Positions 39,801-51,800 of a DNA stretch of 64,000 nucleotides are shown piece after piece. Source of the DNA: Perna viridis (taxonomy: Eukaryota). The stretch's first letter is position 1. The number at the start of each line of letters is the position of its first letter. The notes under the pieces were generated by a model. It had not been told where the DNA came from. It saw only the letters and a list, made by a program, of their open reading frames with translations, and ran no database searches. The position numbers and the translations under genes were made by a program. The stretch covers positions 25,816,704 through 25,880,703 of the forward strand of contig CM074521.1 in NCBI GenBank assembly GCA_037379345.1, written 5' to 3'.

Positions 39801-42800
39801 ACTACAGCTACTGGGCCAAGTACAACAGTAGGAACTGGAACACCTACAGCCGGAACTGGGCCAACTACTACAGCAACTGGACCAAGTACAACGGTAGGAA
39901 CTGGAACACCCACAGCCGGAACTGGACCAACTACTACAGCTACTGGACCAAGTACAACAGTAGGAACTGGAACACCTACAGCCGCAACTGGGCCAACTGC
40001 TACAGCAACTGGACAAAGTACAACGGTAGGAACTGGAACACCCACAGCAGTAACTGGTCCTACTACTGCAGTTACTGGACCAAGTACAACAGTAGTAACT
40101 GGAACACCTACAGCTGGGACTGGACCAAGTACAACAGTAGGAACTGGGACACCTACAGCCGGAACTGGGCCAACTGCTACGGCAACTGGATCAAGTACAA
40201 CGGTAGGAATTGGAACACCCACAGCCGGAACTGGACCAACTACTGCACCTACTGGACAAAGTACAACAGTTGTAACTGGAACACCTACAACTGGGACTGG
40301 CCCAACAACCACGGCAACAGGATCAAGTCCCACGGTAGGAACTGGAACATCTACAGCTGGAACTGGTCCTACTACTGCAGCAACTGGACCAAGTACTACA
40401 GCAGTCGCAACTGGAACATCTACAGCTGGAACTGCTACAGCAACTGGACCAAGTACAACGGTAGGAACTGGAACACCTACAGCAGTAACTGGTCCTACTA
40501 CTGCGGCAACTGGACCAAGTACAACAGTAGGAACTGGAACACCCACGGCAATAACTGGTCCTACTACTGCTGCAACTGGACCAATTACTACAGCAGGTAC
40601 TGGAACACCTACAGCCGGAACTGGGCCAACTGCTACAACAACTGGACCAAGTACAACGGTAGGAACTGGAACACCCACAGCAGTAACTGGTCCTACTACT
40701 GCAGCTACTGGACCAAGTACAACAGTAGTAACTGGAACACCTACAACTGGGACTGGTCCAACAACCGCGGCTACTGCAGCTACTGGACCAAGTTCAACAG
40801 TAGGAACTGGAACACCTACATCAGTAACTGGCCCTACTACTGCAGCAACTGGACCAAGTACTACAGCAGGAACTGGAACACCCACAGCCGGAACTGGACC
40901 AACTACTACAGCTACTGGACCAAGTACAACAGTAGGAACTGGAACACCTACAGCCGGAACTGGGCCAACTACTACAGCAACTGGACCAAGTACAACGGTA
41001 GGAACTGGAACACCCACAGCAGTAACTGGTCCTACTACTGCAGCTACTGGACCAAGTACAACAGTAGTAACTGGAACACCTACAACTGGGACTGGCCCAA
41101 CAACCGCAGCAACTAGACCGAGTACCACGGTAGGAACGGGAACATCTACAGCTGGAACTGGACCAAGCACAACATTAGGGACTGGAACACCCACAGCTGG
41201 AACTGGACAAAGTACTGCAGCTACAGGACCAAGTTCAACAGTAGGAACTGGAACACCCACAACAGTAACTGGTCCTACTACCGCAGCAACTGGACCAAGT
41301 ACTACAGCAGTAGGAACTGGAACATCTACAGCTGGAACTGGACCAAGCACAACATTAGGAACTGGAACACCCACAGCCGGAACTGGACCAACTACTGCAC
41401 CTACTGGACCAAGTACTACGTTAGAAACTGGAACATCTACAGCTGGGACTGGACCAAGTACAACAGTAGAGACTGGAACACCTACAGCAGGGACTGCGGC
41501 AACTGGACCAAGTACAACCGTAGGAACTGGAACATCTACAGCTGGAACTGGACCAAGCACAACAGTAGGAACTGGAACACCCACAGCCGGAACTGGACCA
41601 ACTACTACAGCTACTGGACCAAGTACAACAGTAGGAACTGGAACACCCACAGCCGGAACTGGACAAACTACTGCACCTACTGGACCAAGTTCAACAGTAG
41701 GAACTGGAACACCCACAGCAGTAACTGGTCCTATCACTGCAGCAACTGGACCAAGTACAACAATCGGAACAGCTACCCCTTCTGTGGGTTCCTCTACCGT
41801 AGTAACTGGACCTACTACATCAGTAGGACCTAGTGTCACAACAACAGGAACTGGCGCTACTACAGAGGGGACGGGGCTTACAACAGTAGCTACTGGAATT
41901 ACTACCGTCCAAACGGGATCCACAACAACGAAAGGAGGTGCTGGTGGTACACCTCCACCAAAAATTACATTCACCACTGCAACTGCAAGCACTGGAGTTA
42001 CATCTGGGACTACAGGCATCACAGGTGTATCCACAATATCGACGGTCGTTTCTACTGGAGTATCCACTGTGTCAGCAGGAACAACTGGAATATCTGGTAC
42101 TGAAACAACTGTATCGATCCCGTCAACAACACCTGAAGTTGGAGCAACACCTACTGGCACAACAGCTTCAATAGTTACCCAAACAGCCGGTGAGATATTT
42201 TCTATTGAACTGTACAGTTGCAATAATTTATGAGAACGTGTGTTCTGTCTTAGTTTATTCTGTACAAATGTAGTTAAGAATATTTGTTTTGTTTAACATT
42301 GAATTGAATATTTATTTTCATTCCATTCCATTTAAATAAAAAGAACACATAGAAACAAATATTTGATATCAGTTTTGGAAACCTATTTATTTTTTCTAAT
42401 AACAAAATCTACAATATATTCATATGGCTATTTATGTTTTTACTCAGTTTTCATACTCTCATTTCATACATTTCTTAATTTAAGCATCACCTACAGTAAG
42501 TGGACAAACAACACCATCACTTCCACCTACACCTCCTGGTCCATCTCTTACATCCGCAACGACAGGGCCAACTTCAGCTTCAACTACTGGGATAGGTGTC
42601 ACAACAGCAGCAACTGGAGCTACAACTGTTGGTACTGGTCCTACTCCAACAGGTACAGGTGCTACCACTGCAGGAACTATCGAAACTACAACCGGAACTG
42701 TACAGACATCAGTAGGAACTGGAACTCCTACAGCAGGAACTGGACCGACTACAGCAGCAACTGGACCAAGTACTACAGCAGGAACTGGAACACCCACAGC

Positions 42801-45800
42801 CGGAACTGGACCAACTACTACAGCTGGGACTGGACCAGGTACAACAGTAGGAACTGGAACACCTACAGCTGGGACTGGACCAAGTTCAACAGTAGGAACT
42901 GGAACACCCACAGCAGTAACTGGTCCTACTACTGCAGCATCTGGACCAATTTCAACAGTAGGAACTGGAACACCCACAGCAGTAACTGGTCCTACTACTG
43001 CAGCAACTGGACCAAGTACTACAGCAGGAACTGGAACACCCACAGCCGGAACTGGACCAACTACTACAGCTACTGGACCAAGTACAACAGTCGGAACTGG
43101 AACACTTACAGCCGGAACTGGGCCAACTGCTACAGCAACTGGACCAAGTACAACGGTAGGAACTGGAACACCCACAGCAGTAACTGGTCCTACTACTGCA
43201 GCTACTGGACCAAGTACAACAGTAGTAACTGGAACACCTACAACTGGGACTGGCCCAACAACCGCAGCAACTAGACCGAGTACCACGGTAGGAACTGGAA
43301 CATCTACAGCTGGAACTGGACCAGGCACAACATTAGGGACTGGAACACCCACAGCCGGAACTGGACAAACTACTGCAGCTACAGGACCAAGTTCAACAGT
43401 AGGAACTGGAACACCCACAGCAGTAACTGGTCCTACTACTGCAGCAACTGGACCAAGTACTACAGCAGTAGGAACTGGAACATCTACAGCTGGAACTGGA
43501 CCAAGCACAACATTAGGAACTGGAACACCCACAGCCGGAACTGGACCAACTACTGCACCTACTGGACCAAGTACTACGTTAGAAACTGGAACATCTACAG
43601 CTGGGACTGGACCAAGCACAACAGTAGAGACTGGAACACCTACATTAGGGACTCCGGCAACTGGACCAAGTACAACCGTAGGAACTGGAACATCTACAGC
43701 TGGAACTGGACCAAGCACAACAGTAGGAACTGGAACACCCACAGCCGGAACTGGACCAACTACTACAGCTACTGGACCAAGTACAACAGTAGGAACTGGA
43801 ACACCCACAGCCGGAACTGGACAAACTACTGCACCTACTGGACCAAGTTCAACAGTAGGAACTGGAACACCCACAGCAGTAACTGGTCCTACTACTGCAG
43901 CAACTGGACCAAGTACAACAATCGGAACAGCTACCCCTTCTGTGGGTTCCTCTACCGTAGTAACTGGACCTACTACATCAGTAGGACCTAGTGTCACAAC
44001 AACAGGAACTGGCGCTACTACAGAGGGGACGGGGCTTACAACAGTAGCTACTGGAATTACTACCGTCCAAACGAGATCCACAACAACGAAAGGAGGTGCT
44101 GGTGGTACACCTCCACCAAAAATTACATTCACCACTGTAACTGCAAGCACTGGAGTTACATCTGGGACTACAGGCATCACAGGTGTATCCACAATATCGA
44201 CGGTCGTTTCTACTGGAGTATCCACTGTGTCAGCAGGAACAACTGGAATATCTGGTACTGAAACAACTGTATCGATCCCGTCAACAACACCTGAAGTTGG
44301 AGCAACACCTACTGGCACAACAGCTTCAATAGTTACCCAAACAGCCGGTGAGATATTTTCTATTGAACTGTACAGTTGCAATAATTTATGAGAACGTGTG
44401 TTCTGTCTTAGTTTATTCTGTACAAATGTAGTTAAGAATATTTGTTTTGTTTAACATTGAATTGAATATTTATTTTCATTCCATTCCATTTAAATAAAAA
44501 GAACACATAGAAACAAATATTTGATATCAGTTTTGGAAACCTATTTATTTTTTTCTAATAACAAAATCTACAATATATTCATATGGCTATTTATGTTTCT
44601 ACTCAGTTTTCATACTCTCATTTCATACATTTCTTAATTTAAGCATCACCTACAGTAAGTGGACAAACAACACCATCACTTCCACCTACACCTCCTGGTC
44701 CATCTCTTACATCCGCAACGACAGGGCCAACTTCAGCTTCAACTACTGGGATAGGTGTCACAACAGCAGCAACTGGAGCTACAACAACTGGTACTGGTCC
44801 TACTCCAACAGGTACAGGTGCTACCACTGCAGGAACTATCGAAACTACAACCGGAACTGTACAGACATCAGTAGGAACTGGAACTCCTACAGCAGGAACT
44901 GGACCGACTACAGCAGCAACTGGACCAAGTACTACAGCAGGAACTGGAACACCCACAGCCGGAACTGGACCAACTACTACAGCTACTGGACCAAGTACAA
45001 CAGTAGGAACTGGAACACCTACAGCCGCAACTGGGCCAACTGCTACAGCAACTACTGGACCAAGTACAACGGTAGGAACTGGAACACCCACAGCAGTAAC
45101 TGGTCCTACTACTGCGGCTACTGGACCAAGTACAACAGTAGGAACTGGAACACCCACAGCCGGAACTGGACAAACTACTGCACCTACTGGACCAAGTACT
45201 ACGTTAGGAACTGGAACATCTACAGCTGGGACTGGTCCTACTACTGCAGCAACTGGACCAAGTACAACAATCGGAACAGCTACCCCTTCTGTGGGTTCCT
45301 CTACCGTAGTAACTGGACCTACTACATCAGTAGGACCTAGTGTCACAACAACAGGAACTGGCGCTACTACAGAGGGGACGGGGCTTACAACAGTAGCTAC
45401 TGGAATTTCTACAGTCCAAACGGGATCCACAACAACGAAAGGAGGTGCTGGTGGTACACCTCCACCAAAAATTACATTCACCACTGCAACTGCAAGCACT
45501 GGAGTTACATCTGGGACTACAGGCATCACAGGTGTATCCACAATATCGACGGTCGTTTCTACTGGAGTATCCACTGTGTCAGCAGGAACAACTGGAATAT
45601 CTGGTACTGAAACAACTGTATCGATCCCGTCAACAACACCTGAAGTTGGGGCAACACCTACTGGCACAACTTCTTCAATAGTTACCCAAACAGCCGGTGA
45701 GATATTTTCTATTGAACTGTACAGTTGCAATAATTTATGAGAACGTGTGTTCTGTCTTAGTTTATTCTGTACAAATGTAGTTAAGAATATTTGTTTTGTT

Positions 45801-48800
45801 TAACATTGAATTGAATATTTATTTTCATTCCATTCCATTTAAATAAAAAGAACACATAGAAACAAATATTTGATATCAGTTTTGAAAACTTATTTATTTT
45901 TTTCTAATGACAAAATCTACAATAGATTCACATGGTTATTTATGGTTGTATTCAGTTTTTATACTCTCATTGCATACATTTCTATAAGCATCAACAACAG
46001 TAAGTGGACAAACAACGCCATCACTACCACCTACACCTCCTGGTCCATCACTTACATCCGCAACGACAGGGCCAACTTCAGCTTCAACTCATGGGACAGG
46101 TGTCATAACAGCAGCAACTGGAGCTACAACAACTGGTACTGGTCCTACTCCAACAGGTACAGGTGCTACCATTACAGGAACTATCGAAATTACAAGAGGA
46201 AGTGGACAGACATCGGTAGGAACTGGAACTCCTACAGCAGGAACTGGGCCAAGTACAACAGAAGGAACAGGAACCTCTACTGCAGCAACTGGAACCCCTA
46301 CGACGGGATCTGGTCCTACTATTGAAGTAACTGGACCTAGTACAACAACTGCAACTGGGTTTACTACTGGATCAACTCCCGTTCCTCCCAGTGAAATCAC
46401 TCAAGCTGGAGTAACACAGCCTCCTTCGGTAACTTTACTTACACCTCAAGGAAGTACAGGGACAATAGGTTCTACCATCGTGACGACTGGACTAACCCAA
46501 ACCAGCAGTGTGTCACTTTCAACATCAGCCACCGCAGGTACTGCAGTAACAGAAAGTAGAATGTGTCGTCTTTTTTTCAGTTTTTTTTGTTTTTGTTTGT
46601 TTGTTTGTGTTAGCTGGCCGGGTGATCTAGGGCACTGGACTTTGTGCAGGCGGTGTTGCCATAGATGTCACAGCGGTATGAGTTCGAGTACCGCGGAGGG
46701 AGCGACCATCGTTGGGAATTTTTCAGACCGTTTTATATATATATATATATAATGATTGCATCGTTTGAATGCTTTCCGGCACAGTCGCCCATCAACTTCC
46801 TGTTTGTCGTGGAGTTTTTTATAAGATTGTTTTTGAAACAGCTTTCAATTTAAATACTTTAAAAGAGATTTGAAGCTCTGTCATTGATGTCACAGGGATT
46901 TTAGACATGTATGATTCTGATGTGTCCAGTTCTGCATGCTTTCAACAAATAATTGCCTTTCATTATCTTTTTATACTTGACAGTAACTACCATACAGCCA
47001 TGTGAATCTGAAGAAGGTATGTCGGACCCAGCACTGATTCCAACAGGGAGTGTCGAAGTCAATCAACCGACCAATACCGACGTCGAAAACATTCGACCAG
47101 GTGGTGAGACTCTTGTTATACCCGATACTGACAACTCTAACCCAATCATAACTATAACGTTAGATTCTAGACCGGAACTTGGCTCACTAAAAATTGCTCC
47201 AAACTCTGATACCAGTAATGTGGATACATTTGTTATAAGTGTAGAAGATATTGGTGACGTCAGTCCAACACAGATTGGGGGTGTAAGTTCATTTTTAAAA
47301 AATAGTAAAAGTTAAAGCAGCGTGCATATCAAACTGTTACAATCGTAGATTGTTTGTTCAGTTCATACTTCAATATTATTATTACGATGTCAGGTATATG
47401 AAGCTCCATAAAGATAATCTAAAACCCGTTGGATTGATTAATTACTCCTTTATTTATTATACATTCTACATAATCTTGATACAATCACAATCAAAGACAA
47501 GACATACATGTATTAATTTTCGTGTGTATCTTGGGAATTTCTTCATGAGCCCTTTAATTACCTTGCTAGCAAGTTGGGATCCTATAGCTGGTTACGCGGT
47601 CTTGGATACACTATAACTTTTTTCCGGTGTGTATTCTAATATCAACTTTTCTTCTCGTATAAAATTAATTTTTTGACTTAGAACGTACTTGATTCTAATG
47701 CTGCTGTTGAAAGATTACTCACTGAAACACGTGTACATGATAACTATAATATGATTATTTCTCATAAATTGTTTTGAGTCAAAGTAATTTTAACTGGTCA
47801 AACATATTCATTCAACTTCAAAAGATTGATTATTAATTTGTGAATAGGTATACAATGGAGATGATACAGTGACCTTTCCATCCGACACATTTGCAGACAG
47901 GGTCATCATCACTCTTCTTACAAAGAATGATCCGAATTCGCCATACTTTGTAGAGCTAGAACTACACGCATGTTTCGCTGGTATGTTTGTGGCTTCGGTC
48001 GATCTCAAAATTTAAACTTTATCTTGAAATAACAATATATCATTGAGAAAATCTAACGTATAAATAAGATAATCAATCGCTAATTGTGAATAACAAAAAA
48101 GAAAATAACTCGTGCCAATAGCACCTGATGATTTAACTCGATCGTACACTACTTGCCGCACTTGTCATAGACACTTTGGTTATTGACTTCTTCCAATTAA
48201 TTATCCTAGCATTATCATTTTATAGTTTAATTAGGGTTTACATTCCGTTCCTGTATATCACTCGTTGTTCTTGTCTCTATTTGCGTGTACTTTGTGTCTA
48301 TTTTGAACCTCTTCAGTTGTCAAATCTTGACTTGCATGTGTATCCACTTTCATTATAAAATGAACGGCCATTATGTATACATACACGAACATATATTCGT
48401 TTATATTAATCATACATGTTTTCCATTAATCATTGTCTCGACGTCCTTCACGTTGTAGTGACTACATGAAATGAAAAAAGTCTTTAAAGCACATTTTTTT
48501 CACTTGTTCTAGAAACAGGAACGAACTTTCAACAACAACGAAAAACGAAAAAAAAGGTTATTGAAAAATAATTTTTCTTCGCATAGGTCCAACGAGTGTC
48601 GTAACTTCGGTTACTGGTGTAACTACAGTACCAACTAGTGTTACCACTGAAATAACAGGAGTTAGCACTCAGATGACAGGTGTAACAACTGAAGTAACAG
48701 GTGCGACCACTGTACCTACAAGTGTGGCTACTACATCAACAGGTATGACCACTGGTCGAACTGGTGTAACTACCGGACCTACTGGTGTAACAACCGGACC

Positions 48801-51800
48801 AACTGGTGTAACTACCGGACCTACTAGTGTAACCACTGGACCAACTGGTGTAACTACCGGACCTACTAGTGTAACCACTGGACCTTCTGGTGTTACAACC
48901 GGACCAACTGGTGTAACTACCGGACCTACTGGTGTAACCACTGGACCTACTGGTGTAACTACCGGACCCACTGGTATTACCACTGGACCTACTGGTGTAA
49001 CTACCGGACCTACTGGTGTTACCACTGGACGTACTGGTGTTACCACTGGACCTACTGGTGTAACCACTGCACCTACTGGTGTGACTACCGGACCAACTGG
49101 TGTAACCACCGGACCAACTGGTGTAACTACCGGACCTACTGGTGTAACCACTGGACCTACTGGTGTAACTACCGGACCCACTGGTGTTACCACTGGACCT
49201 ACTGGTGTAACTACCGGACCTACTGGTGTTACCACTGGACGTACTGGTGTTACCACTGGACCTACTGGTGTAACCACTGCACCTACTGGTGTGACTACCG
49301 GACCAACTGGTGTAACCACCGGACCAACTGGTGTAACTACCGGACCTACTGGTGTAACCACGGGACCTACTGGTGTAACTACCAGACCCACTGGTGTTAC
49401 CACTGGACCTACTGGTGTAACCACTGGACCTACTGGTGGAACTACCGGACCTACAGGTGTAACTACTGGATCTACTGGTGTAACTACCGGACCTACAGGT
49501 GTAACCACTGGACCTACTGGTGTAACTACCGGACCTACTGGTGTAACCACTGGACCTACTGGTGTAACTACCGGACCCACTGGTGTTACCACTGGACGTA
49601 CTGGTGTTACCACTAGACCCACTGGTGTTACAACTGGACCTACTGGTGTAACCACTGGACCTACTGGTGTAACTACCGGACCTACTGGTGTAACCACTGG
49701 ACCTACTGGTGTAACTACCGGACCTACTGGTGTAACCACTGGACCTACTGGTGTAACTACCGGACCTACTGGTGTAACAACTGGACCTACTGGTGTAACT
49801 ACCGGACCCACTGGTGTTACCACTGGACCTACTGGTGTAACCACTGGACCTACTGGTGTAACTATCGGACCTACTGGTGTAACCACTGGACCTACTGGTG
49901 TTACCACGGTTGTCACGACTGGTACTCATTTGTCATTTATAATTCTAAGAGAATATCGATAATTTAAGAATACCCTTTAATTTGTTTTTTTTTTCAACTA
50001 TTCTTTATTTCTCATTTATAGATCTATATATTTATCTTTCAGTTATATATTTTTATTATTATTATTACTTACGTATTTATATAGAAGTATATTTTTAAGA
50101 TGACAAATTGTATGTTCAATTGGCCAATGTTTTACATAGTCATAACATTCAAGGAGCGGGTGGGAAGCAAATAAAGGCATTATAATCAAAATTTCTGGGG
50201 TAAAAATAGTTTTTTTTTCTTTTGAATTTTATTAATTAGATCGAAGATCGGAATTGATCTAGATAGATGGATCTAGAAGTCGCCATAGCCTATATAGTTG
50301 TAAAATCTGTGAGCACTTGCAAATATATTTCACTCCGCCGCGGGAATATAGTTCCACTGACATGCCCCGATAAGGTACCAGTATCGTATTGCATATCCCT
50401 GAGCGGGTGTACGGCAAAACATGGATGCCATAAAAATATAGTGCATTTTCTTTTTGCCTCTCTACAAACTAATGTTTTGTCAAAAGACATGAACAATGAC
50501 TTAAAAAATAGAGCAAACATCACACTGTAAGATGAAGAACTTTTTTAAAAGAAAATCTAACATAATATCATAAAAATGTTCCACTGAAAAGGTTGGTTTG
50601 GTGAGTGCAAAACGAAAGTGAAAGTAGGGAAAATGGCTATTTATAGTTCAAGACTACTTTTCTGTCCAATCTTCGTGGACTCACCCTATTTTCTTTGCGG
50701 GAAATTATTTTTTCACATGTCCTTAGAAATGCTACGTGAAAGTTTTATTGAATCAATTTACATATTTTTTAAAAAATCCTAAAAATATGCACTTCACTAT
50801 AGAAGTCTATGGGAAAATTAATACGATACTGAGACCATAATGTTCAGATGCAACTATGATTAATTAAGTCCCTTGTACAGGTAATTCTAAAATATAAACG
50901 TGAATTTCGTGTTATTTACCCAATAAACAAATCCAGTTACTAGACTAGAAAAAAAAACAGTGTGATGACTTGAAATAAAAGCTTTATTCTGATGAGGGCT
51001 AGAATCGAGGTACCTACTGAGCAGTGGCGGATCCAGAAATTCCAACTGGCCTAAGACGCCTAACTTTTTTTTAGTTTATTGGAGCCCACAGTCGTCTCCT
51101 CTCCCATTGAATCCGCCTATTCTGAACCTGTTTAGAAAGGCCTATTTCACGATCTAACGGTTAGTACTGCTTTGACTCCCTGCACAATCGAGTAATTAAG
51201 ATCGCTTGTCAATTTTTGAAAAATAATGTGACGTACCCATGTAGAGATCGAGTCGATCGATATCCTGGTTGATTTCTTGCAAATATCTTATATGTATAGT
51301 ATATCGTTGGACAAATCCTGGATCACCTCCCTCTACCTCGTGTGTAACATCCTCTTCTAATTTTAGGAACAACTTGATACCAATTTATCTTTTAGAAAGT
51401 AGTGGCAGACAGTACACTAAAAAATTTCCGTTTCACTCCCCGCATTTTTTATCTCCCATCTAAAAATCGTGTAGTTCGGACATACACTTTGCTGAAGAAC
51501 TCAAAAAGTGCATTCCACGGTTGTAATACGAACTATTATTAGTTAAGTATGGTTCAGACATTAGCATATTAAGGCTAAAAACCACTAATTCCACTTCCCA
51601 TAGGCTTCTATGCTAATTTCACAATATTCAATGGCTTCTCTGGACTTTACCTTAACTTTAACCTGCAGAGGACTATATATCAGCATGATTCTACATATGT
51701 CAGCTCACAATCCTCAGAATGGCATGTGGGGTTAGCAGACTTGCAGTGCAGTACTGGTCACCGGAAGTGAAGTGTCTATAAATAGCATGGGAAATCCCAG

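Noticed and set aside
33996-41666. Cys/Ser-rich minus-strand ORFs resembling keratin-associated proteins or metallothioneins, and Asn/Trp-rich alternative + frames
   Set aside because: Alternative-frame translations of the same tandem repeat, broken by frequent stops.
33176-42223. 3015-aa minus-strand elastin-like Val/Pro/Gly ORF (also 32126-32545, 42480-44381, 44639-45730, 48669-49916, 62576-63964)
   Set aside because: Antisense shadow of the ACN/GGN/CCN/GCN-rich repeats. Splice signals and flanking domains support the + strand, and the ORF limits simply track the + exons.
46611-46710. Functional tRNA gene
   Set aside because: Only degenerate A/B boxes and no consistent cloverleaf; kept as a SINE-like remnant.
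48736-49929. Regular 21-bp repeats as a possible CRISPR array or an SR-rich ORF
   Set aside because: No unique spacers, eukaryotic context, and the repeat is an in-frame coding heptad.
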